Source: Terriglobales bacterium (GTDB taxonomy: Bacteria; Acidobacteriota; Terriglobia; Terriglobales; Acidobacteriaceae). From it: DNA of 47,977 nt. This document shows, piece by piece, positions 9,778 to 19,034 of the stretch. Both the position numbers and the translations under genes were made by a program. Location of the stretch: the NCBI GenBank assembly GCA_035999525.1, contig DASYGR010000089.1, positions 1-47,977 on the forward strand, in the 5' to 3' direction. Under the pieces are notes generated by a model that was not told the DNA's origin, made no database searches, and saw nothing but the letters and a program-made list of their open reading frames with translations. Each line of letters begins with the position of its first letter. Within the stretch, counting starts at the first letter, position 1.

Positions 9778-12498
9778 CTAGTTGACCGTAAGCGTTGTGG
9801 TTGTGCTGACGCCGTTAAGCGTAGCGGTAATGGTTGTTGTTCCGGAGCTTGCGCTGGTGGCCAGCCCAACTGTATTGATCACCGCGACATTTACGTCCGA
9901 AGAACTCCAGGCTACTTGTGTGGAAAGATTCATTGTGCTGCCATCGCTGAAGGTTCCAATGGCCACAAAGACTTGGGATGTGCCAAGGGTGATATTGGGA
10001 TTGCCCGGCGTGATGCTAATGGAAGCCAGAGTAGCATTCGTGACCGCGACTCCAGCAGTACCAACCTCTCCGGCAAATACCGCTGAAATTGTGGAAGAGC
10101 CTGGGGCGACTGCCGTTGCAAAACCCCTGGTGCCGGCGGCATTGCTTACCGTTGCCACAGAAGCCGCTGAAGACGTCCAAGTAACCGCCGATGTCAAATC
10201 CTGAAAACTGCCATCGGCGAATGTGCCGATTGCAGTGAAGCCCGCTATGATCTGCCCTGGAATGGTCAGGTTCGATGGGTTCACTGTAATGGAAGTCAAG
10301 GCCGCCGATTCCACCAAAACATCCGCGCTGCTGCTGAATCCTCCGTAGGCGGCGGTAATGGTTGCCAGCCCCGCGGATTGTCCGGTTGCCTGGCCGAAGG
10401 GAGTAATAGTGGCGAGACTGGTGTCGGAAGAACTCCAAGCCACAAGCGTACTCACAATTTGGGTGGTGCCGTCATCATAGCTAGCAGTCACGGAATATTG
10501 CTCCGTGGAGGCAGGTGCCAAGACTGCGGTTGGCGGATTGATTACGATGCTTGTCAGGTTAGCTCCGGAGACGTTCAGCTGAGCAGTGCCCGTAACTCCC
10601 TCGAACGTGGCAGTGATATTGACGCCACCCGTAGCGACAGTGGCAGCAATACCGCGAGTACCCGCGTTGTTGCTGACGGTTGCCACCGTGGTGTCGCTCG
10701 AAGCCCACGTGACGTTGCTTGAAATAACCTGGGCGCTCGAGTCGCTAAATTGACCGGTTGCCACGAAAGTTATCTGTGTTCCCGGGGCCAGAGAGGAAAT
10801 GGAAGGCGTCACCGAGATAGAGACAACGGTTGCATTGGTCACAGTAACATTCGCGGATATGCTCTGTGCGCCGAGAGTCGCCGTTACGGAAGTTGAGCCG
10901 GGATTAATTCCTTGCAGTCTTCCATTCGTTTGAACAGTCGCGGCGGCAGGATTCGAAGAACTCCAGGTTGCCTGCGCGCTCACATCTCTTGTGCTGCCGT
11001 CGTTGAACAAACCAATCGCGTTCAATTTTGAAGTTGTGCCTTGCGCGATTGCCACGCTCCCCGGCTGAATTGATAGAGACATCAAGTTTGCGGCGTTCAC
11101 GGTTAGGGAGGTGCTTCCGTTCACTGATCCCGAGCTTGCAAGAATTGTCACGGTTCCGAGATTACGAGCCGTCGCCGCTCCGCTCACGGTGATGGCCGCC
11201 AGCGCAGGTTGCGAAGAACTCCATGTAACGGTATTGGTGATGTCCTGCGTCGTGCCGTCTGAAAATGTTCCGGTCGCGGTGAACTGCTGAAGCACTCCAA
11301 GCGGAATGGTGCTTGCTGCCGGCGTAACGGAAATGGAAGCCAAAGTTCCATTACTTACGATGAGAGTGTCGGACGCGGAAATAGCTCCGGAGGACGCCGT
11401 CATCGTGCAAGAGCCGGAATGCAGTGCGTGAGCCAATCCGCTGGTCGGTCCGGAATTGCTGATCGTTGCTTTGGTTGTGTCGGACGAACTCCAGTTTACG
11501 GTGCCAGTTACATCCTGCGTGCTTCCGTCGGTGAAAGTTCCAGTCGCTTTGAATTGCTCGCTAGTATTGGCGGCGATGGTTGGAGAAGGCGGGGTAATGG
11601 TTATCGAAACAAGTGAAATTGTGACCGTCAGCGGCGCTGTGCCGGTGATCGATCCCGCCGTCGCCGTAATGGTGGCGGAGCCATTCGATTTTGCTGTAAC
11701 CAGCCCGCCGGAAGAAATGACTACAAGGGCGGAATTCGAGACGCTCCAATTGACTGAACCGGTGAGGTCTTGGGTACTCCCATCGGTATAGTTACCAGTA
11801 GCCGTGAACTGATCGGTGAAACCTACTCCAACCGACGAAGTGGTGGACCTAACGGTGATGGACGCAAGCGATGGGGATCCAACTGTAAGGCTGGCGGTCC
11901 CGGAAATGGTTCCCTGCGTTGCAGTGATTACGACAGCGCCTGTGGCTTTTGAAGATGCGAGGCCGCTGTTTGAAATTGAAGCAACGGCGGGGTTGGAGAC
12001 ACTCCATGTAACCGAGCTACTAAGATTCTGCGTGCTTCCGTCGCTATAGTTTCCGGTCGCGGTAAATTGATCGCTGAGACCCGCGGCAATCGAAGGCGCA
12101 ACTGAACTAACAACTATCGAAGTCAAGACCGGGGCTGAGACGGTCAGGGAAACTTGTCCCGAAAGGTTGGCCTGGGTTGCCGTCACCTTAGATGAACCGG
12201 GCGACAGTGCCTTTGCAACTCCATTAGCAGAAACTACTGCGACGCTGGCGTTGGAGGAACTCCATACGGCTGTGCTGGTCAGGTCTTTGGTCGAGCCGTC
12301 GCTATAGGAACCAGTAGCGGTGAGTTGCTGGCTCAGTCCTGCGGCAAACGACGGATTGTTGGCGACGACCTGAATGGATTGAAGGACGACGCTGGCGTGA
12401 GATCCGGTGCTGCCGGTACTGTTGTTGGAAATCCCGCCGCCGCACGCGGTCATCACCGCAAGAAAGACTAATAAAAAGCATCGCAGAAACTTTGCCAT
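9778..12498 (-). CDS. Surface lipoprotein with ten tandem bacterial Ig-like group 2 (Big_2) domains
   Basis: MAKFLRCFLLVFLAVMTAC is a lipoprotein signal with a lipobox Cys. Ten units of roughly 85-90 aa follow, each with F.ATG.[YF]sDGStqDlT..V.WsSS....A.vs..G...a...G...itAt. Confidence 0.85.
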   Translation of the reverse strand: MAKFLRCFLLVFLAVMTACGGGISNNSTGSTGSHASVVLQSIQVVANNPSFAAGLSQQLTATGSYSDGSTKDLTSTAVWSSSNASVAVVSANGVAKALSPGSSKVTATQANLSGQVSLTVSAPVLTSIVVSSVAPSIAAGLSDQFTATGNYSDGSTQNLSSSVTWSVSNPAVASISNSGLASSKATGAVVITATQGTISGTASLTVGSPSLASITVRSTTSSVGVGFTDQFTATGNYTDGSTQDLTGSVNWSVSNSALVVISSGGLVTAKSNGSATITATAGSITGTAPLTVTISLVSITITPPSPTIAANTSEQFKATGTFTDGSTQDVTGTVNWSSSDTTKATISNSGPTSGLAHALHSGSCTMTASSGAISASDTLIVSNGTLASISVTPAASTIPLGVLQQFTATGTFSDGTTQDITNTVTWSSSQPALAAITVSGAATARNLGTVTILASSGSVNGSTSLTVNAANLMSLSIQPGSVAIAQGTTSKLNAIGLFNDGSTRDVSAQATWSSSNPAAATVQTNGRLQGINPGSTSVTATLGAQSISANVTVTNATVVSISVTPSISSLAPGTQITFVATGQFSDSSAQVISSNVTWASSDTTVATVSNNAGTRGIAATVATGGVNITATFEGVTGTAQLNVSGANLTSIVINPPTAVLAPASTEQYSVTASYDDGTTQIVSTLVAWSSSDTSLATITPFGQATGQSAGLATITAAYGGFSSSADVLVESAALTSITVNPSNLTIPGQIIAGFTAIGTFADGSFQDLTSAVTWTSSAASVATVSNAAGTRGFATAVAPGSSTISAVFAGEVGTAGVAVTNATLASISITPGNPNITLGTSQVFVAIGTFSDGSTMNLSTQVAWSSSDVNVAVINTVGLATSASSGTTTITATLNGVSTTTTLTVN
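9781..12396 (-). repeat. Coding tandem repeat: 10 diverged Big_2 units of roughly 255-270 nt
   Basis: The motif GA[AG]GAACTCCA (antisense of W-S-S-S codons) recurs on the plus strand near 9900, 10428, 10958, 11214, 11483 and 12255. The units are diverged at the DNA level. Confidence 0.7.
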
Positions 12499-13011
12499 AG
12501 ACCTTGCCTCGCATCCAAATCGAATTAAGAGCGCTCCGAAAGGTTTACCGCCCGGGCCAAGGTTACTGCCCGCGGCATGTTCGGCATTACCTTCTCAGAG
12601 CCTGCAAACAATTAAGCAAGGCAGTAGCCAATTGCAAGGTGGTTTAGATTGAGAAGACTGGGCGACTCTCGCGATTGGTGCGCAGGAGAGGCGGAGGCGA
12701 CAGAGGAAATCATTTTCCCTTGAGAGAAAACGATTCGAGCGCCTAACTGCGGGACGTAACGTTACGAAGGTAATCGTGCGGGAGAAAGACGGCGATGGCT
12801 GACAAAAGTGTTACCGACGATCAGAGAAAATCATTCGGATTGCCTCGCAGATGTAAGATTGACAATACAGACGGATCGCGGAACTTTAACGGGGTCATAG
12901 CTCGTCTGCGGGATCTAATTATTGCGCGGAGGTTATTCCCGTCGAACACTTTTATATTTGGAATCGCACGCCATTCGTCGAGATCCCAGAGTGTGCCCCG
13001 CAATACCGGAA

Positions 13012-14385
13012 ATGATGAGATCAGACTTGATAACAGGTAGAGAACCGGTGGCAGCCCCGGCACGACCGTTTACGGTCAACGCTCTTATAACAAGCCAGGA
13101 GCCTTCCAACGCGGCGTTCACGTGGCTTTCCGCTTTTTATGTAGTCTATTGTGCCCGTCCTGAGGATTGGATTCCGGGGTTGAAATACATTCCGCTGGCC
13201 AAGATCTCGGTTTTTTTCGCTCTTGCTGGATTGATGGTCGCGGCGGGAAAAACCAAGCGTAGGTATAAAGATCTTCCAAAGGAAGCCAACTATCTTCTGG
13301 CCTTGATCGCCATATTGTTTGTGTCAGCAATATTCTCTCCCGTCTGGAAAGGCGGAGCGGTTGTGCACACGCTCGATTTCGCCAAGGTTTATGTGGTGTG
13401 GGTGCTCACTTTTCTGGTAGTTACAGATTTCAAAAAATTGAGACGCATAATTTTTGTGCAGGCTGGTTCCGTGGCCGTCATTGCCGTGGTTTCAATCGCG
13501 AAGGGCTATTCTCATCCGCGGCTGGAAGGGGTTCTGGGGGGCATTTACGGGAATCCTAACGATCTCGCCTTTGCGATTGTCCTCTCGCTTCCGTTCTGTC
13601 TCGCTTTCTTGATTAGTGCGAAAGGCGCGCTAAAGAAGTTGTTGTGGGCTCTGGCTATGTTAGTGATGGCAGCTTCTCTGTTTCTGACGGCTTCGCGTGC
13701 CGGATTCATAGATCTGGTTATCGCTGGAACCGTTTGTTTGTGGCACTTCGGAGTCAAAGGCAAGCGTCCATATTTGATTGTGATCGCTCTCGTTCTAGGC
13801 GCGTTGCTGATGGCCGTCGCTGGGAGGCAGTTGAAGGACCGGTTTACGGCAATGTCCGGTGAGGACTTGAACACGAGCATCGAGGGGAAAGCCTACACCT
13901 CCTTCGAAGCGCGCCAGATGCTGATGCGCCGTGCCGTGGAAGGGATCGAGCATTACCCAATATTGGGTGTTGGCGTGAACAACTTCATGAGTATTTCAGG
14001 GGACTGGCACGAGGTTCACATGACCTACCTCGAGATTGCTGTCGAGGGGGGTATTTTTTCGTTCGTCCTTTACCTCATGTTTTTCAGCCGGGGATTTTCA
14101 AACCTCCGAAGACTAAGACGCAGGCGAGACCTCGACACTCAAAGCACGCTATTCGCGGGAGCCCTGCATAGTTCGCTGATTGGTTTTGCCGTTGGCGCCC
14201 TTTTTGCGCCTGAAGCGTATCAGTTCTTCCCCTATTTCGCCGTCGCATATACATCGGTTCTCGCCATCATCATTGAGAACCAATCGAAAGAAGCGCTCAC
14301 TCTTGAACCAGCGGATATGGTTCAACAGCCACTGGATAAATATGCACGTCAACCAAGTCCAAGCTCCCGCATCGCGCGACTCTAA
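13012..14385 (+). CDS. O-antigen ligase / Wzy-type polymerase family (Wzy_C) polytopic membrane protein
   Basis: The protein has at least 10 hydrophobic segments. LTASRAGFIDLVIAG and HEVHMTYLEIAVEGGIFSFVLYLMFF match the characteristic Wzy_C loop and helix motifs. The start is uncertain: the track ORF starts at TTG 12922, and ATG 13012 is chosen here. Confidence 0.75.
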   Translation: MMRSDLITGREPVAAPARPFTVNALITSQEPSNAAFTWLSAFYVVYCARPEDWIPGLKYIPLAKISVFFALAGLMVAAGKTKRRYKDLPKEANYLLALIAILFVSAIFSPVWKGGAVVHTLDFAKVYVVWVLTFLVVTDFKKLRRIIFVQAGSVAVIAVVSIAKGYSHPRLEGVLGGIYGNPNDLAFAIVLSLPFCLAFLISAKGALKKLLWALAMLVMAASLFLTASRAGFIDLVIAGTVCLWHFGVKGKRPYLIVIALVLGALLMAVAGRQLKDRFTAMSGEDLNTSIEGKAYTSFEARQMLMRRAVEGIEHYPILGVGVNNFMSISGDWHEVHMTYLEIAVEGGIFSFVLYLMFFSRGFSNLRRLRRRRDLDTQSTLFAGALHSSLIGFAVGALFAPEAYQFFPYFAVAYTSVLAIIIENQSKEALTLEPADMVQQPLDKYARQPSPSSRIARL

Positions 14386-14471
14386 CTCGCGATCGCCGCA
14401 AAGAAGCTGGATGAATTTGCATTTGTGTTGCGGTGATATCCGGTTTAGGTAAAGGGGAGAATTTTCCGCGG

Positions 14472-15647
14472 ATGAGTATTTCGGTCAAGCTGACTTATGG
14501 CGCCAGGTGGTTGCCTAATTATTTGTGGCAAAGGATGCACCGAAACGCCAATTCCAGACCAGTCCATTTGATCATTGCTCTGGCTGACCACTTTGAGCCA
14601 TCGGTTCTTCCTCATCAGGGCGCCTCGCCCGTTCCGCTCGAAATGCAAGAACGCAAGCTCGAAACTTGGTGCCAGGATTATCCCCAAGCCGTAACTCAAT
14701 GGCGAGACGCCGAGGGCTATCCCCTTCGGCATACTTATTTTTATCCTGCTGAACAATATCACAAGGACTTGATTGATCGGCTGGCTCAACACTGTTCCGC
14801 GGGATGGGGAGAAATCGAGATTCATCTGCATCATGGAATAGGCACTCCCGATAGTTCGGAAAATGTCCGCCGCCAGTTGCTCGAGTTTCGAGACGCCCTG
14901 GCCACCCAGCACGGATCTCTCTGCTACATGGATGGCCACGGTTCTCCGCGCTACGCCTTCGTTCATGGAAACTTTGCCCTGGCTAATTCTGCGAGGGACA
15001 TAAATTGCGGTGTTGATAGCGAAATACAAGTGCTTGCCGAAACCGGCTGCTATGCCGATCTCACGCTTCCGACTGCACCTTTTCATCCGGGTCAAGTTGG
15101 GAAAATAAACTCGTTGTACGAATGTAGCCTTCCGCTGAACACCCGCGCTGCTCATCGCAGAGGCCGCGATTTAGAGCGCGGCAGGACACCCAAGATTTTC
15201 CCGCTGATGGTGCAAGGCCCGCTTCTTCCGGACTTTCATCCGAAGGGCCGACGCTGGCTAAGTATTGAGAATGGCGCTCTGACCAAGCCGAACCCTCCAA
15301 GCCTGCATCGGCTGCGGTTGTGGAAACGGGCAGCCGTTCGGGTGGAAGGCTGTCCAGACTGGCTGTTTATAAAGCTGCACTGCCATAGCATGGATTCGAC
15401 GCAAGAAGATGCTGTATTGGGATCTTCAATGCAACACTTCTTGCGGGAACTGGTGGAAGGGGCGCCGCAGCGAGATGAGACGATTCACTTCGTCACTGCG
15501 CGCGAAATGGTGAATATTGTCCTCGCGGCGTGTGATGGGCGGGAAGGCAATCCTGGGGACTATCGTGAGTATCGCCTGAAAAGAAATGTCGCGACTTCGT
15601 CTTCTGCGGCTGAGAACAAGTCTTCGCAAGCCCTCGTGCGAGGATAG
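14472..15647 (+). CDS. Hypothetical protein, possibly a divergent polysaccharide deacetylase-like (CE4-type) metal-dependent fold
   Basis: The 391-aa ORF has AGGGGAG upstream. ALADHFEP, EIEIHLHHG and FVHGNFALANS resemble the Asp/His metal-binding motifs of deacetylase-type barrels. I cannot place the family without an HMM search. Confidence 0.45.
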   Translation: MSISVKLTYGARWLPNYLWQRMHRNANSRPVHLIIALADHFEPSVLPHQGASPVPLEMQERKLETWCQDYPQAVTQWRDAEGYPLRHTYFYPAEQYHKDLIDRLAQHCSAGWGEIEIHLHHGIGTPDSSENVRRQLLEFRDALATQHGSLCYMDGHGSPRYAFVHGNFALANSARDINCGVDSEIQVLAETGCYADLTLPTAPFHPGQVGKINSLYECSLPLNTRAAHRRGRDLERGRTPKIFPLMVQGPLLPDFHPKGRRWLSIENGALTKPNPPSLHRLRLWKRAAVRVEGCPDWLFIKLHCHSMDSTQEDAVLGSSMQHFLRELVEGAPQRDETIHFVTAREMVNIVLAACDGREGNPGDYREYRLKRNVATSSSAAENKSSQALVRG

Positions 15648-15704
15648 AAGGTACGTGGCGGAGCCCGAAAATTCGACGTTACGCAATCGGGTAGGTAGAG
15701 CTTC

Positions 15705-16676
15705 ATGCTGCGATTCGGAATATTCAAACCGGACCAATACGTACGGGCATGTGACGATAAGCGCATTCCGAGATCGCGCGTGTCTCTCGTATCCTATGAT
15801 CTTCTTAATGTCGGCGATGAGCCTACCGCAGAGCAGATCCAGATCTTCGAGGAAATAAGCCGTACGTTACGAACTTCAAACGGAACCTACCGGACTACCT
15901 TTTCCAACCGATTCCATGATTTGGACGATGTAGCAATCCGGTGGATAAAGAAATCTTTTTCCGGCGCCATTGAACTCCGAGTGCAAGACCGGGCTGCCTC
16001 TCATGCGTTGACTTCCCTGGAGTGGGCTTTAAAACTATTTCCACTTTTCCCCCTAGCCACATTTGAGGCGTCTGACAGTATGTTCAGCCTGGTTAAGCTG
16101 TCGTTGAATACTGGCGGGGCTTATGTTCTTGAGCCTCACGGCCACCCGCTTCAGTATATAAAGTGGCCTTTCGTTGTATCCCTGCAACGCCGGGAGTCCT
16201 GGCGATACCCGATCAACCGTCTCATTGCTGCTGGTGCGAAGCGGCGATTTAACCGGCTTCCGCTGCCCGAGGAGTGGATGGAGTCTACAAATGGAGCGAA
16301 TCATCGAGTCAGTACGATTCCCTTCGTTCATCCCAAAGCGGTGCAATACAGCAAAGAAAATGCCAGGTTCCAGTTGCAGACCCGATCTGTGTTTGAGCAT
16401 CTTCCCGAGTCGTGTCATGTATTACGTACCATGAACATCTTGAACGCGAGTTATTTCTCTGCCGACCAGCTGGTTGAAGGAATCAAGGCAACTTTCGACA
16501 GCCTTAAGCCGGGAGGCATCTGGATTGTTGGGCGAACGCTTGAAGAGGATTTCAGCAATCACGCCACCCTTTTCCTAAAGCAGCAGAGTGGTTGGAGCGT
16601 TTTGGAGCGCCTCGGACGGGGATCAGAAATCGAGGAATTAGCGCTTCGTGTTCCGCCGGAGAATTCGCGCATTTGA
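15705..16676 (+). CDS. Hypothetical protein with a CheR-like / class I SAM-methyltransferase-like C-terminal signature
   Basis: CHVLRTMNILNASYFSADQLVEGIKATFDSLKPGGIWIVGRTLEE resembles the CRNVxIYF...L.PGG.L.xG.sE block of CheR-type methyltransferases. The motif-I equivalent (RVQDRAASHALTSLEWA) is degenerate. Confidence 0.45.
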   Translation: MLRFGIFKPDQYVRACDDKRIPRSRVSLVSYDLLNVGDEPTAEQIQIFEEISRTLRTSNGTYRTTFSNRFHDLDDVAIRWIKKSFSGAIELRVQDRAASHALTSLEWALKLFPLFPLATFEASDSMFSLVKLSLNTGGAYVLEPHGHPLQYIKWPFVVSLQRRESWRYPINRLIAAGAKRRFNRLPLPEEWMESTNGANHRVSTIPFVHPKAVQYSKENARFQLQTRSVFEHLPESCHVLRTMNILNASYFSADQLVEGIKATFDSLKPGGIWIVGRTLEEDFSNHATLFLKQQSGWSVLERLGRGSEIEELALRVPPENSRI

Positions 16677-16696
16677 CGGGGCAACTCACAAACAAA

Positions 16697-18991
16697 ATGG
16701 AAGAAACTATTCCACATCACCTGAACGGTGAAGCGAGTCTAATTGATCCGCCTGAGGCATCTCTTCCTGGTGTCTTCCTGATGAATGACAGTTTTCAAAC
16801 GGGTGGCAGCGAACGTCAGTTCGTCGCGCTCGCTAAGTCTCTCGATTCATCTCTTTTCCGCGTGAATCTTGGCTGCATTCAGAGGCGAGGTGCGTTCCTT
16901 GAAGGGCTCGGGGAAGTGCCGCAGTTTGGATTGGGCGGCAGCCTGTATGGTTTGCAGTCAATCCGTGCACGGTTTAGGCTCCGCCGCCATTTACGTGCAT
17001 TGAATGTTGGCGTCGCCCACGCATTTGATTTCTACACAAACCTGACGCTGATTCCGGCAGCTCGGATCGCAGGAGTCCCGGTCGTGATCGGGAGCCAGCG
17101 TCAACTTGGCGACTTGCTAACTCCCGCGCAGTCCCGAGTTCAAATGGAAATGTTTCGCTGGAGCGACGCCGTGGTTTGTAACTCCCGCGCTACCGCGGAA
17201 ATACTTGTGAAACGAGGTCTTCGGGAAAGTCGCGTAGTGGTGATCGGAAACGGTCTCCATGAATCATGTTTCGCAGAAACCACGCCGGCGATTTCAAAAC
17301 AGCATGGAACTCTACGCGTAGGCATGATCGCAAGAATGAATAGCGTGGCGAAAGGCCACCGGAATTTTATTCGTGCAGCCGCGCAGATTCGGAACGAGCA
17401 TGAACGCGTGGAATTTGTCCTGGCTGGCGACGGTCCCTTGCGTAAAGAACTGGAGCGCTACGCAGATGAACTTGGTCTCGCTGGCAGAATTCTTTTTCTT
17501 GGAGACCGCCGGGACGTTCCAGCCGTACTGGCATCGCTCGATGTTTCCGTAGTGCCTTCGTCATCCGAGAGTTTATCCAATGTAATTATCGAGTCCATGG
17601 CAGCTGGTGTGCCAGTTGTGGCTAACCGGGTGGGTGGAAATCCGGAGTTGATAGATGAAGACCGCGGAATCTTGGTGAATGCTGGCGACGATCAAGCTTT
17701 GGCGAATGCGATCGAGCGATTACTGCGAGATGCCATGATGCGCCGGCATATCACTGAAAACGCGCAGCGGTTCGCAAAGGCAAATTTTACGATTGATCAA
17801 ATGCGACGCCGGCACGAGGCATTGTATTTCGAATTGCTTGAACAAAAGAGCTGGCGCCGTGGTGCACATGGCTTTAAGCGCTCCTCCAAAGTGCAGCGGA
17901 AACGGGTGCGCGTGGGAATCGTCGCTGCATCACTACGTTACGTTGGCGGGCAGGCTGTTCAAGCAGACTTATTGCTGCGAAACTGGCGGAACGATCCCGA
18001 GATCGAAGCCACTCTTATTCCGATTGATCCTGCCTTTCCTCGCGGACTTGCATGGGTGGAACGCTTCCCATTACTCCGCACTATTGTGCGTGAGCCCGCG
18101 TATCTACTAGCGCTTTGGCGGGAATTGAAAAAGGCTGACGTGGCGCATATCTTCTCAGCGTCTTATTGGTCATTTCTAATCGCGCCGGTGCCGGCCTGTC
18201 TTATGGCGCGGGCGCTAGGGAAAAAGGTTCTCATTCATTACCACAGCGGAGAGGCGAGAGATCATCTTCGCCGCTTTCGAACCACAGTTCCGGTTTTGAA
18301 GAAAGCTGATGCCCTGATAGTTCCGTCTGGATATCTGGTGGACGTTTTCCGGGAATTCGGATTGAGCGCAAAAATCGTCCCCAATTTCGTGGACACATCA
18401 CAATTTTCGTTTCGTCTCAGAAAGCCTTTACGCCCTCATCTCGTGTGCACCCGAGGCTTCCATCGGTATTACGGAATTGATGTGGTCGTGCACGCTTTCG
18501 CGGAAATACAACAAGCCTTTCCGGACGCGAGTCTGGACCTCGTGGGTGGGGGACCTCTGGAAACCGAAATCCGGCTTTTGGTAAGGCAATTAGGTATTAC
18601 CGGCATAAATTTTGCCGGGGTGGCATCACGGGATCAAATCGGACGATATTATGAGCGCGCTGACATTTTTATTAATGCTTCCCGCCTGGACAATATGCCA
18701 GTCTCTATCCTCGAAGCATTCGCATCCGGGACGCCGGTCATCAGCACTGCTCCTGAGGGCATGCGATATCTTATTGACCACGAGCGCACCGGATTGCTTT
18801 CAGAGCCAGGCAACCCTCAAACTCTGGCACAAAATGTTATTCGTGTGTTAAACGATTCTGAATTGGCGTCACGATTAGCCGTCAATGCGCATGAGGAGTT
18901 GCAACGCTATTCGTGGGAAGTAGTTCGGAAGCAATGGCTGGACGTCTATTATTTGTTAGGTAGAGAAACCTCGCCGAGCGGACAACGTTGA
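16697..18991 (+). CDS. Tandem GT4-GT4 fusion glycosyltransferase (two complete Glycos_transf_1-type modules)
   Basis: Module 1 spans about 16697..17850. It has NDSFQTGGSERQ and an EX7E motif, ESLSNVIIE, followed by AAGVPVVA. Module 2 spans about 17905..18991. It has RVGIVAASLRYVGGQA and DNMPVSILE (DX7E), followed by ASGTPVIS. ATG 16697 lies 20 nt after the previous stop. The track ORF start at 16592 overlaps the upstream gene. Confidence 0.85.
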   Translation: MEETIPHHLNGEASLIDPPEASLPGVFLMNDSFQTGGSERQFVALAKSLDSSLFRVNLGCIQRRGAFLEGLGEVPQFGLGGSLYGLQSIRARFRLRRHLRALNVGVAHAFDFYTNLTLIPAARIAGVPVVIGSQRQLGDLLTPAQSRVQMEMFRWSDAVVCNSRATAEILVKRGLRESRVVVIGNGLHESCFAETTPAISKQHGTLRVGMIARMNSVAKGHRNFIRAAAQIRNEHERVEFVLAGDGPLRKELERYADELGLAGRILFLGDRRDVPAVLASLDVSVVPSSSESLSNVIIESMAAGVPVVANRVGGNPELIDEDRGILVNAGDDQALANAIERLLRDAMMRRHITENAQRFAKANFTIDQMRRRHEALYFELLEQKSWRRGAHGFKRSSKVQRKRVRVGIVAASLRYVGGQAVQADLLLRNWRNDPEIEATLIPIDPAFPRGLAWVERFPLLRTIVREPAYLLALWRELKKADVAHIFSASYWSFLIAPVPACLMARALGKKVLIHYHSGEARDHLRRFRTTVPVLKKADALIVPSGYLVDVFREFGLSAKIVPNFVDTSQFSFRLRKPLRPHLVCTRGFHRYYGIDVVVHAFAEIQQAFPDASLDLVGGGPLETEIRLLVRQLGITGINFAGVASRDQIGRYYERADIFINASRLDNMPVSILEAFASGTPVISTAPEGMRYLIDHERTGLLSEPGNPQTLAQNVIRVLNDSELASRLAVNAHEELQRYSWEVVRKQWLDVYYLLGRETSPSGQR

Positions 18992-19034
18992 CGAAGATCC
19001 TATCGCAGGCGTGACGCTGAACCTGTTTCTGTTT

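Noticed and set aside
9782-12113. Many long ORFs on the plus strand and in alternative minus frames inside the Big_2 gene, for example 9782..10204, 10016..10438, 10378..10722 and 11456..11791.
   Set aside because: They lie entirely within the 906-aa repeat gene. They result from its biased Thr/Ser/Ala/Gly codon composition and have no starts with ribosome-binding sites or recognisable motifs.
12795-13063. ORFs 12795..13040 (+) and 12821..13063 (-) inside the long intergenic region.
   Set aside because: They are mutually overlapping, Arg/Ser-rich and low-complexity. They have no ribosome-binding sites and are probably non-coding leader sequence.
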